64,000 nt of DNA, taken from contig LSRY02000057.1 of assembly GCA_001643675.2 (NCBI GenBank), positions 62,001 through 126,000 of the forward strand. Direction: 5' to 3'. This DNA comes from Monocercomonoides exilis PA203 (lineage: Eukaryota > Protista > Preaxostyla). The notes under the pieces were generated by a model that worked only from the letters and a program-made list of their open reading frames with translations, was not told where the DNA came from and did not search any database. Both the position numbers and the translations under genes were made by a program. This document shows, one piece after another, positions 26,668-39,096 of this stretch (position 1 is the stretch's first letter; the number at the start of each line of letters is the position of its first letter).

Positions 26668-29600
26668 CTACAGATATGATGTGTCGCAGAAACTGCTACT
26701 CCCAACATCGCTTCCTCTGCCAACATCGCTCACATTTTCATCGTCGATTGCATCAGATGCTGTCACAACCATCATCTCTGCTGGAAAGTGCCCGAAGAAC
26801 TCTCGCTTCAGCTCCACGAGCGTGGGCCTGCTCTTCGCCTGCAGCATCACGCACGCTTTCGCCGTCTCACCAAAACTGCTTGTCTCAACCACCCCCATGT
26901 TCGGCCTCTCCCCATTCTTTATCTTCTCTCCAGCCGTCTCAGCCTCATACTCCCCAAACGGGATCTGCAATGTCAGGCACTCCCACAGCATCATCCCTAT
27001 CGAGAACACCACCGTCTTCTTCGTCGCATGTTTCTTTGTTCCATTCAACAGCTCTGGTGCCTTCCACCTCAAACACTCCTTTCTGTTGTCTTCATCATCC
27101 TCAAAGGCAGATGAGGGCAAAGAGTCGCTTTCATCATCACTTGCTGATGTCACGACTGTTGATGAAGAGATGGAGGACGAAGTGTCTGAGCCTGATGAAC
27201 AATCTGAGTTCATGGCAATGCAGATGACCATGTGCTCGGAGAAAAGAATAATGTGGGGACTCAAATTGACAAGGGATTGAAGTTTGTTTTCCATCTCATC
27301 AAATGAATGGAGCGCCCCATTCACCACCCAGAACAGGATCTGAGCAGCTGTCATCTCCCTCTCTTCAAGAGTGCCTATTGCCATCTCCTTTGTTTTATTC
27401 CTTCCATGCAGGAGCATGAACAGCGAATCCCTCAAGTCCACAATCAGCTTTTCATGAGGCGATGAACAGGCCATTGCATCCACCAAATTCGACATCGACG
27501 AGGTTGTCGGACACAAATCCTCCCCTCGAACAAATGTGGTTTCTGTGTCAGTGGATGAGATGGATGAAATTGATGGTGAAGGAGTTCGCTTTCTGGTCTC
27601 TTCCTCATCATCAACCTTCTCCAGCATCCAATCTGGAATCTTGTCTGAATCCTTTCCTAATATGAATTCTGTTGAGCCACTCTCGGAAAGAAGATGCTCC
27701 GATGACTCCGAGTGTCCCAAACTTTTCTCATACACCCTCTTCTTTATCCGATCCTCATTCTTCTTCTCAGCTTCTCTTTCAGCTCTCCTCCACTGTGCCT
27801 CAGGTGACATCTCCATCGTCACCATCTCAATCAGCTTCGGATCCTTTTTCACTGTGTCTTCCACAATCATTTCCAATTCTTCAGTCCTTCTCTTTTGTTT
27901 TCTCCATCGAACAGCCAATATTATTGAAACAATGAGAACAATCAAAAGAATAACAACAAGCACAATCACAATCAACAACCAATAAGATTTCCTTTCTTTT
28001 CCTCCTTCCACCACTTTTTCATTTTCTGTCTTTGATTCGGTTTTGTTCTTCAGTATCTGTGGAGAAGTGGAAGACGATTGTTTTCCAAATAGAATCATCA
28101 CTGATACCTCTGTTTCATCTGTAACCTTTGAAACATTTTCTGATGGGATTATTCCAATCACTTCAGTTTCCGATTCAAAGCCATCTTCTTCAAACTGATA
28201 TGTCTCAACCAACTCCACATCCCCTGTTTTATACACAAGTCTGAATGACAAGTCGCAAGGCACAAAAAATGATCCCTTGAATTTTATTCCAATGTTGCTT
28301 CCTTTTTCATTCACTGAAACATCTTCCAGTTTTGGAATGAAGAAAGGAGATGAACTTTCTGCTGCTATCCCTCCAAAGCTGCATCCATCATTCAAGATCC
28401 AAAGAGAAGAATTATCCTTCAATCCATCTCCCCCTTTCAAGCTGGAAATATTCAATAAAGTTGAATCCGAGCAAATAATGTTTCTTCTCATCGAAGGATA
28501 TTTTTCAATGAATGGATTATTGTTCAAAAACTCTCCTTTCTCAATTGTTATATTGCCAGCTAGCACCGATAATCCACCCGATGAAGCATTCGAAATTGTC
28601 ACATATTTCATCATCAATGAAGAATTGGCAGAATGAACAAGCGATCCATTCCATTTGCATATCTCTTCAAAATCCCTGTTTCTCTCGTTTTCACTTTCTT
28701 TTCCAAGCACTCCAACAAATCGACATAAATCCATCAAAGCATCAATCGCATTGCTCAATTCCATAATGCTTCCTTTGTCAGACATGGAACAGCAGTTTGA
28801 GCAAGAGCAATTAGAAAGAACGATTTGAGCAGAAGTTGAAGAAGCCGAAAGAACAGAAGTGCCTTCTGAGTCCCTCGAACAGTTGTTGAATGAGGAGCTT
28901 CCAATGGAAATTGTTCCTGAAGTTGAATCATTTATTGAAAAGATACAGCCATCAGACAGTTTCACTCCATCTGCATCAATTCCATTGAATACAACTTTTT
29001 TGCATCCATCGATCACAAACACATTTCCCATTGTTTCAAAATTATTCATTTTCACATTTGTTATTGATGTCTCATCTCCACAAAGCAGAAATGAAGGCTT
29101 CTTGAATGATAAGAACGAGATTGAGCAGTTGTCAACATGAAGAATCCCCTTTGCAATGCTCAGCAATGATGAATTAAGAAAAACAACAGGCTGATTGTTG
29201 CTTGACCCTCCATCAGAAGAGAAATCAACAAATGAAAGAGAAAGCTGTCCACTTGCTTCATGAATGACTGAACTTCCAAAATAAGAAAACGATTGATCAA
29301 AGTTGAATTTCAATCTCTCAATCCGAACATTCTCTGATGTTGTTATGATATTTCCCTCATTGATATTAATTGTTGAGTTCAAATGCACTGAAGCAGCTAA
29401 CTGAGATTGCAACGAGTGGAAAATCACATCCTTCGCTTCGCATTCCCCGTTCATGACTGTTTCCTCTGATATCAACAGTTGGGAATACGATGATGGAATA
29501 ATGTGTTGCACTCCCTGATTCAATGATTGGCAAGGCATGCTGAACTCTCCACATTGCTTGCTATCTCCGTGGTTGCCTGTTGCTGAAGAAACAAATATCG

Positions 29601-32600
29601 TTTCACTCTGATATTTCACAACCCTCAGCAGAAGATCCTCTTCCCCAACAAATGAGTCTGTTGTACATCCCCATATTGCAAGATCCTTCACAAATGGTGT
29701 TCTGAAATCCAAAAGGAATTGCTCATCAACAATTTGTGTTTCGATTGAATGGCATCTCACATACACGTCCCTTCCTCTCAACGCAGAGTTGTCTCTGAAT
29801 GTGATATTCGACAGCACAAAGTTCAGAGGCTGTTCAACCACCGAGGTGCATTCCAGAAACAGCCACCCACCTCTTCCTGTGCTCGAGCAGAAGCACTCAG
29901 AAATCGTGCAAAATGAGCAGTCAAAGCTTCCTCCCTCATTCAACACACAAAACATCCCTCCTCCCTTTCCACATTTCGATCCTCCACACTTCTTCATTGT
30001 TGTGTTTCGAATCACCAGTTTCAATTGCTCATCATCATTGTCATTTCGAATGATGGGAATATCATCTGTTGTGTTCTGGGTGACTTCTTCGAATATACTC
30101 CACTCGATAACAACATCTTGTTCAACTTCATTTCTCTCTCTTCTTGAACTCTTTGAAATGCTCAATTCGCTTGCTCCTTCCAGATCAATATTCTTCATTG
30201 TCAGATTTTGAATGTTCAAAATCGTTGTTGATAACACAGAAACAACATTTTTTGAAAAGCTTAGTGACTGAATTGTTACAAATTCCAATTGAACTGCGCC
30301 TCCGTCTGCCTTGATCAGACCAAAATTAATTATTTCTTTTCCACTTTCTTCATTTTTTGTGAATGAGCAGTCTTTCAGAGTCAACAATCCTTCACTTGAT
30401 CCAACATGCATTAAATAACTGACTCCACCTGTAAATGATGATGGAACAACAAAGTTTATCAGCTCGAAATCGGTAATTCCAGAAATCTTCATTGCTGCTT
30501 CCCCTTCTCCTTCAAGAGATGAGTGGCATTCCAAGGAGCACAATTTTTCTTCATCTGATTTTATTGAAATTCCGCCGAGATCAACACACTTCTGAAGAAT
30601 CCCCTTTCCAATAATGTTCATATTCTTTTCATTTCCCTCAGGCAATCGATCCAAAGAATAATCGATTGACAGACAAGGATAATCTGAGAATCCGCAAGCA
30701 CCCATATCTCTTCCTTTGTCTCCAATAAATATCTCTGAGCCAAATGCTCTCCAGAAATAGATCAGTGGAATAGCACTTGTTGTGTCGTCTCCATCAAACC
30801 CTCTCATTGAATCCAATGAAATATCTGCCAGATGTCCTGATACGAATGGAAGAGAAATGTTTGTGATGCTTTTTGTCAAGTTGGATGATTCGACAAACAG
30901 GTCATTTCCACATTTTGCAACATTTGGCTTGTCTGAACAAAAAACAGGAGATGAGATCACAAACGAAGAACAAACATCAATCAATTTCAGTGCCATTCCT
31001 CCCCCAAATCCAATCTTCCGTTCTTCAGCTGGTGCTGTGCATCCTGTGAATGTGTATGAAATAATGTTCAATTGAGTATTCCCTTTCATCTGCACATTGA
31101 GAGCCCCTCCTCTGCTTTCATCAGCCAAAACAGAACATCCATCAAAAACACATTCTTCAATAATTATTTCACCATTTGAATTTTCATTGTTGCTATTATC
31201 AATGCTGATACAGCCTCCATTTCCAGCTGCCCTTTCGATTTTCGTGAAATTGCTGTTCGTCATGTTCAACCACTGAGTGCTTATCAACTCGGTATTTGTG
31301 CTGCTTCCAGACAATGAAATCAATGGATTTCTCCTCAAATCAATCGATGAAGCTGAGAATTTGTCGATTATCAGGATCCCTGACTCAACAGACAAGAACA
31401 AAAATGTCAATTCTGATGATGGATTTTGAAGGGAAAGCGAACATTGAGACAAAGTCAGTTGTGAAGAAGACAAAATAAAAGTGGAGTGTGACGAGAGAGA
31501 AGAAGGAAGAGAAAAGATAAGCGCTGATAATTCTGTTTCAACACTTGCTGTAATCATCTCTGAATTGGTCATTGAACTTGTTTCAGAGACTGTCCAGCCA
31601 CTTTGATCATCATTTCCTTTGATTTCATGTTTCTGTTCTTCAAATGTCAATTCATCGCTCATCAAAATCATTCCATTCACAATAATTTTCTTTGTTCCTG
31701 TTTGCCTTGTGAGTGAATGTTTCATTGCCAAACAAGGGAACTGGACAATTCCACAGTGCGAATGATTGGATGCCTCAATATCGCTCACATATATTTCTTC
31801 TGGAGTGGGAAGGAGATAGATGCACAGAGGAATGGCCACACTCGTATTTCCATTGTCATATCCTCTCACTCTGTCGACAGAATCCAAAGAGGCTGTCACA
31901 CATGTAATATTTTGTGAGTTTGCAGTTTCTTCCAGATTTGGTGAAACGACAAAAATATCTCTTCCCCATTTGGCTGTATTTGTGCCAAAGGAAGAAGATA
32001 TCAGGAAATCTTGATTCTCATTCATCAATTGAAGAAGTATTCCTCCTCCGAGACCATTTACTATTGAACAATAGCATTCATCAAAAGATCCACCATTCAC
32101 TTTCACTTCATTATCATTCCCAACACATAGCTTCATTGATCCTCCATTTTCTGAACTTGTGCTTCCGCATCCTGAAAATGAACAAGAATTCAAATTAGCA
32201 TTGACCTTGTCGTTGGAAAATGAGATGACAGAAGCTCCACTCGTTGTTCTCTCAATTCCATTAAAGGTGCATTCGGATATTATCAATGAAATTTCATTTG
32301 TTGAAGAAAGCGAAAATAACGAAGTTGTGGAGATAGTCTTTGCCCAGTTCACACTATCCATCTGAAACATCCCATTCTGAACATTTATCAATTCTGTAGT
32401 AAATGCTGTTTCTGAAGATTGCCCACTTTCAGCAGATATGTTCAGTCTACTAATATGCATCTCTCCTGCTCCACTTATCTCAAACAGCCTTGAGGCACGA
32501 TTATTTGCATGTGCCGAGTTGTGCACAAGAATAAAGTCTCTGACAGTCAATGCGCCTGTTGAGACTGAAAAAAGAGTAAAACCTGATTCTTCTAACTCTG

Positions 32601-34410
32601 TCTGCACAGTTGTGCTCAAACCACTTTGGCCATATATTGTGTATGTGTTGGAACTGCAGTCCACGCTTTTGGTCTCTGTAATCGTTCCTGCGAGCATCTC
32701 GATATCCTTCACAAAACCTGGAATTAGTTGACTCAAACAATGGCTGATGGTGCTGCATGGATGACTTTCATTCAGTCCACATGCAAATGTATCTTTGGCA
32801 TTTGGTTGTGAATCAGTTGAAGAAACAAATCTCACATTTCCAAAATCGTTTCGAAGCCATTCGCTTCTATCAACAATGGAATATAAGTCTGTACAAACCC
32901 TATTTGATGTATTCCTTGTGGAGAAGCAGCTTGGGTCAATGTTGTTTGTCGATGATCTATGAAGAACAATATCATGTCCTCCTTTTACACAGGTGTTATT
33001 GTGGAAAAAACAGAAATAAAACAATGTCCCGTTGTTATCTGCATTTAGCAATATTCCAACAGCTCCTCCTCCATTCACGGAATGACAATTACGGAACAAA
33101 CAATTTGAAACGATAGCCTTTCCAAATGAACACCAATGTTGAATTGCACCTCCAACGGACGATGTTGAATGATTTACTTCGCAAGAGATAAAAATTGAAT
33201 TTATGACACATTTTTCCTGTCTTTGGGTTTTTATTTGATTGAGTTCAATTGCCCCTCCATCATTGCCAGATGAGCAATTTTGAAAGGAACAATCGTCTAC
33301 CATTGACTGCACAATAACATTTTCAAATTGAATTCCTCCACCTCCAAATTCTATATTTTTTGTAGCACATGAGCATTGTGCAAACGTGGAATGGAGAACA
33401 ATGCATTCTGCAATTTTCAATGCATATATTCCTCCTCCTCTTGTCGAGGAAGCGTTGCATCTTGTGAATGAAGAATTCTCAACTCTGAGAATTGCATTTT
33501 CATTGTCATGCACATAAAGGGCACCTCCTTGTGGGGATGTGCAATCAACCCATTCGCACAATGAAAATGATTGGCTGCTAGTTGTGTCCATTTTTTCTTT
33601 TCTTTGGAGATCATTCATCTCTCTTTCCCCGTAGCTTATTGATGTGTTTTTGCACACAAATTCTTGTGAAGAATAAGATCCACTCGAAATCCCTCCTTCA
33701 AAGGCATTCACGCACGAATAAATAAGGCAATTTTCCATTGAACTCAACAAGCATGAATGCTCCATTTGACAATCACAGTTCTTGAAGGGCTTCATAGAAA
33801 TGTTCCTGAAGGCACAGTTATTAATTTGTTCACTTTTGCTCTTTCCAGACAACAGAAAATAGTCTGAGGATGATACAGTCAGATCTGTCATGATCGAATT
33901 TCTCAAAACGACATAATTTGAATCATCAGATGAAAATATGAGACTGGAAGGGTTCAGATTCTTTTGGGGGATCAAACTCAAATTCACCATGCAGATTGAC
34001 CCACTTTGCAAATGAAAAGGAGTTGTTGATTTTTGGTGGGAAATGCAGGAATCAATTGTGATTGTTGATTTATCTGTAATTAGGATCAAAGGTGAAGACA
34101 AATGTTCAATTGCCAAATTCTTTACTCCAATTGTGGAATTGGAAAATACAAAAAATGAATAAACAACTGTCGATATTCCTGATTGCAATCTTTTCACTTC
34201 TGAGAATGTATTCTGATCAAATAAATAATAACTATTTGTCTTAGAGATAAATTGTGAATCATTAAAATTGCCTTGACCAAAATAAATGCAATTAATCAAA
34301 AAATATTAATGCCAAAGAATACCTTTGTTTTTCAATATTGCAGCACCAGAGACATTTTGCGCTTCAAGTTTCCTCCAAAGAATCAACCATGCAAAAAGGA
34401 ACAAATGCAT
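26668..34410 (-). CDS. Giant single-pass receptor-like protein: signal peptide, repeated Cys-rich beta-helix (Pmp/pectin-lyase-like) modules, TM, C-terminal TKL-like pseudokinase; intron ~34272-34322
   Basis: Short first exon MHLFLFAWLILWRKLEAQN joins the 2543-aa ORF in frame. GGA(I/L)/GGG and F..C/F..N repeats; four CG....PC motifs; TM YWLLIVIVLVVILLIVLIVSIILAV-RWRK; RWKAPE...VVFSIGMMLWECLTLQIPF...RP. Confidence 0.8.
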
Positions 34411-36298
34411 TCTCTTTTGGGATGAAAATCAATTTTGATTTGAAAATTTTTATTTTTTTCCGGATGATCAAATTGAAATAAATAATGGTTTTCTGCGCAA
34501 TTGGTAAGATCAAAAAACTTCTTTCAGCAACCATTTTGTGAGTGTTTGGAAAACATCTGAGACAGTTCCAAGGCAACGCTATTTCCTCGGTCCTTTTCAG
34601 GAATGAATCGGTATTTGCTGATAAAGATACTTATTTTCACATCAAAAAATTAAAAAGAATAAATATAAAAAAGTTACAAACAAAAAGAAACGTCAAACAG
34701 AGAGAAGAAATATGTCCAAATTAATGCAACAAATGATGGGAATCAATCTTGCATCACCTGAATGAAAAAATCATTTGTAATCAGATAATGCTTTGTTTGT
34801 TGGAATAAGTTGAATTATTCCATGTTCTTAACAGTGCATTCACCAGAAAATAATAAGAAACTTATCTGACAAAAATTGTTGAATGATAAAAGCACAAAAA
34901 GCAACAAATGCCACACCTTAACAAATGACCCATGTTTTCACTTTGAATGTGTTGTTCCGAATTATTGAAAACTTTCTCTCCCAACCCAATCAGATGGCGA
35001 GTCTTTCTTTTCCATTCTCTTTTTTTCCCTTCTTCTCTTCTTTTGTTCATTAGCTCCTCAATTCCCTTTTCTTTGTCTCTTTCAATGAAAATTCTTTCCC
35101 TCAAAAATGCTTCTCAATTTCTCTTCTCTTTCATTTTTTCCTTCTCTTTTTTTTCCTTATCACCCTCCAATATGTCATATATTAATTCATCTTTTCTCTC
35201 AACTGTTATCATTTTTTCCTGTTCAGTCCTCACAAATCAAAATTTGCTCTTCTTTCAAAAAAATCTTTTCTGTGAAAGTCATCGCTATCAACTCCTCCTA
35301 TTCTTCCTCTTCTTCTCCTATCTTCTCCATTGTGCTCTTCATATTCTCATCTATTTTGTCTTATTAAACCATTTCACCAGTTTCTTCGCCAAATTTTCCC
35401 AAATAAGTTTTTCCGCTTTAGTTGTCTCCAGTTTTTTTGCTTCTTCTCAATTTTGTATGTTGATTCATTATATGCGAATAGCTATTGTTTGTGGTTTAAA
35501 AATACTCGCATGCTTTTTCTTCAGCGAAAAGATCCTTTCAAGAAGCCATTTGTGCTTGTTGAGAGGAAATGTTTTGTGAACCTTCTTTGCATATACACTT
35601 TTACAAAAAAAGAGTTTAAAAAGATTGCAAATAATCAAAGAAAGAAATCAAACATGTTGTTATTATAAGTTAAAAATACATTTTGTAAAATAAAATAAAA
35701 ACAAAAATTTAATCTCTTTCTTTTTTCAATTCTGAATATTTTTCATCATTCAAAAAAAAAAAACAATTTTAATCAGCAAACAAGCACAAACACAATTTGC
35801 CCTTCTTTGCAAATCAAGCATTCTCATTGCGAATTACTGATTACTCAATCTGCCTCTTCTCCCTTTGTAATCGCTTGCTCCTCGCGTTCCTTCCTGCATT
35901 GATTAAGCCTCCATCTCTTCCTTCTCTCTCATAAACTCCATCCTTTCACTTTCTTTTCCACCATCTTCTTTTCTTTCTTCTGTCCCATGACTCGATTTCA
36001 ATTGCTCCAATAATAATGTCTTTTCTTCCCATGCAAATCCTTCCAATACGGAACCACCCCAAAGCCAGTGCTTTTCTGATAAATTGTGTGTATTTCAATA
36101 AAAAGCAGGTATATCTTCAAATGCATAATCCTTAAATTCCAAAAGGGAAAAAAGAAATATGAAAGTGAACAGCACAGAACAAATGAAAAAATCATTCAAA
36201 CCTCACAATAAACACAGAGTTATTGATGCCCAATTGCAATTCCAAGCATTTTTTCAATTCAAAGCAGCCAAAGAATTTTCGATAAATCAGATAAAGTT

Positions 36299-36826
36299 TC
36301 AATAAAAATGGAGACATGTTCGATGAAGAATGTCTATCTGAATAAAATCGAATGCTATCCTGAAAAATTGTTGAAATTTCAGAAATCGTTTTGGCTTAAC
36401 TTTCCAAGGAAAATAAGACGCATAGACAATTAAAGATAATTTTGGCCAAAAAATAGCAGTGCGCTCAAGTGCATCCTCGGTTAACGTGCATGGCGTTTGT
36501 TGTATTTTGTGGAACGAATCAACATCTGCTCCACGATTGGCAACAATTTTGCTCAGGCGGATGAAAAGGAGCATGTTGTTGAATTTCATTTTGAATGCTT
36601 TGCCTTTTTTCGAAATTTTGTTTGTTCATGTTGTTGAGCTGCACCTGAAGAATGTGGATTTTTTTCTGCTTAAATTAAAAAAAAGACCTGCTTCAAATCC
36701 TTTTGATGGTGCACATCCATCGCAAAAAAAGAGAGAAATAGTTCTTGCTCTTTCTATCTCGGAATTGCTCAAATTATATGTTTTTATTTGGAATTTTAAG
36801 ATATCAAGACATTTTTTATGGTTCAA
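36299..36826 (-). other. Decayed ORF fragments, possible DIRS-type retroelement remnant
   Basis: FCDGCAPSKGFEAG (RNase H-like) then DVDSF...EDAL...W...VYASYFPWK (loosely like the DIRS methyltransferase-like domain); weak motif resemblance only. Confidence 0.2.
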
Positions 36827-37323
36827 AAAATAACTTTTTTAATTATGAGTTAATTATTCCTTTTTTAATTCTTAAATTTGATCATAAAATTGGCTGTTCT
36901 TGTTGAAACAATCCTTTCTTTTGAGCTTTGACCAATAAACGTTGATTTATTTTTTCGAAGAAATAATTTTTTATCAGATGAACATTTCTTAATAAACAAT
37001 ATTCAGAAAGCCATAATGATAAACTTATCTCTTTGAGGAATATCATTTTGTTATATTGTGAAGTGACGTGAAACTTCAATTTGAATCAGCCATTTTTGAT
37101 AATTGGTGTGAATAATAAACACTTATTCTATTACATATTTTTATGTTCGATTCATTTTGATTATTTTTTTAAATGAAAGTTGCAAATTTTTGCATATATA
37201 TATATACAATTTCTTTTCTATTCTATTCAATTATTTTAATAAGATATTTATAAAACAAATACTAGGCAGTTAGATTTGAGTATCAAAATTGAATCATAAA
37301 ACATAAAATTACATCTCTTTCGC

Positions 37324-38342
37324 TCATTCTTCCCACATCATTTGTCCATCATCTTCATTTCTGTCGTTGCTAATGCATGAATACTTCGTTAACAAAGAGC
37401 TTACAAACATAGGAGATGCTGGCAAATCAGCACCATCAATTGTCTGGGGCTTAAAAGCCAAAAAGGAAGATGAACAAGAAATTGGACGAGATAAGAATAT
37501 TGGATCAAGTTGTTGTATGGCCAATGATGATATAAAATAATTAAATGCAGAAGAGTTAGTGTTGTTTTTAACTGCAAATTCATTTGAATTTGAAGAAGAT
37601 GCACCAACAGTTTCGTTTTTGCTTTTGAGATGTTGCTTTGCTGCTAAAATCCATTTCTTGCAAAATTCGGATTCACCTCCACAAAAATATTTGAATAAAT
37701 CCGTTGTATCTGATTTTTCGCTTACAGAAAGCTTCGATAAATAATTACTGAGAGGACTAAGATCAGGAACTGAATCAGCAATATTCAACAATGATTGAAT
37801 TTCTGAAATTCGTCTTGAAGGATTAAAAAACGTTGGCTCTCGCATTTCGAATTGTTTAAAGCTCGTTACTAATTGTGATTACATTTCAGAAAAAACCATT
37901 TATTTTTGTTTATTACGATAATTTCAAACAAACCATGTTCATGAGATAACATTCCAAAAGATCTGTCAAATTGAGCTTCCTCAAAAAATGGTGTTTCGTC
38001 TTCGATATTTGAAAGGCGAAAAGAAGCAGCATCTACAAAACGAGCAATATCATTCATTTCTTCATTTATTGAAGAAAATGCTTCATCCTGTAATCAAATC
38101 AAGTGATGTTACAAATAAAGAGCATGATTAAAAAATGTGTCATTATTTTACAATGAAATGCGAAATACAATTGCACGAGTTAATTTTTGGGCTGCAATTA
38201 GAATTCCAGTAAGCTCAGTTATTAAAATTGAACTCTGAACTTTTTCCGGTTTATCTCGAGATCTATCAATAGTCTGATCAATGAACTCATATCCTGGTCC
38301 AGATGGACCTGGATGAAGTTGGGCTGTATGAAAAGATGACAT
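37324..38342 (-). CDS. Compact, divergent SCAR/WAVE-like actin nucleation-promoting factor (~290 aa); introns ~38088-38168, ~37869-37933
   Basis: ELTGILIAAQKLTRAI|DEAFSSINEEMNDIARFVDAASFRLSNIEDETPFFE resembles SCAR homology domain helices. VPDLSPLSNY..FKYF..EFCKKW resembles PPPLNILTPY..KFYT..FFDLW. C-terminal FVSSLLTKYSCISNDRNEDDGQMMWEE resembles the C-A region with terminal Trp. Confidence 0.6.
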
Positions 38343-38646
38343 TCTTTCCACGCAAACTAAAAAATTTATTATACCCTGGATCAAAAGAAAAGATTATAAT
38401 TTATGTTTGAAACAACATCATATTCGAGCTCATGATTATTTTGCCTAAAATCCTGTTTTGCTCAACAGATAAAAAAACAAATATATTTCTGAATATCTCA
38501 AAAAATAAATAATAAATGAATCTTTTTCGAATTCTTATAAAAATAACATAAGAAACAAATAAATCAACCAAACTCTAGGTTGATTATGAAATTAGGAAAA
38601 AACTCAAATTAAAATATACAAAAAAAAAAAAGCAAAAACAATTAAT

Positions 38647-39096
38647 TTATGGGCGGTATGCAGCAGTAATGTTGTTGTACTTAATGAAATCACTAACGGA
38701 CATGGAAACAACTCCTTTCTTTGAGTTTGCAGCGTGAACAGCTTGTCCATTGTTTCCAACCAACCCAACATGCCCGGACCTGTACAAAATATCGCCTGCT
38801 TTTACACTGCTAAGGGAAACAGTTTTAATTCCACTACTTGGGTATCCAGATGTTGTTGAGGGAACTTTCTTTCCAATTTGTGAATATGCCTTGTAAACTA
38901 AGCCAGAGCAATCAAAGCAATTTGGTCCAAGACGGCAGCATTCTCCAGCACGTCCCGTACATTGAGCTTGTGAATACCCTTTTCCAACTTGGTTAAATGC
39001 GTACTTTACAACTTCATCAATTCCATTGGATTCGCGCAAAGGAGAAAATTCGTTTCCAAAAGTCGTGAAGAAAAATGAAATAACAAAAGCAAGCAT
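38647..39096 (-). CDS. Secreted NlpC/P60 family peptidoglycan endopeptidase, intronless
   Basis: Hydrophobic N-terminus; A..QVGKGY, GPNCFDCSGLV (catalytic Cys), AGDILY, GHVGL (His), VHAA (third His), KGV, final YRP. Confidence 0.92.
   Translation of the reverse strand: MLAFVISFFFTTFGNEFSPLRESNGIDEVVKYAFNQVGKGYSQAQCTGRAGECCRLGPNCFDCSGLVYKAYSQIGKKVPSTTSGYPSSGIKTVSLSSVKAGDILYRSGHVGLVGNNGQAVHAANSKKGVVSMSVSDFIKYNNITAAYRP

Noticed and set aside
34860-36200. Purine-rich minus-strand stretches resembling coding remnants
   Set aside because: Frequent stops and no recognisable motif; cannot be assigned.
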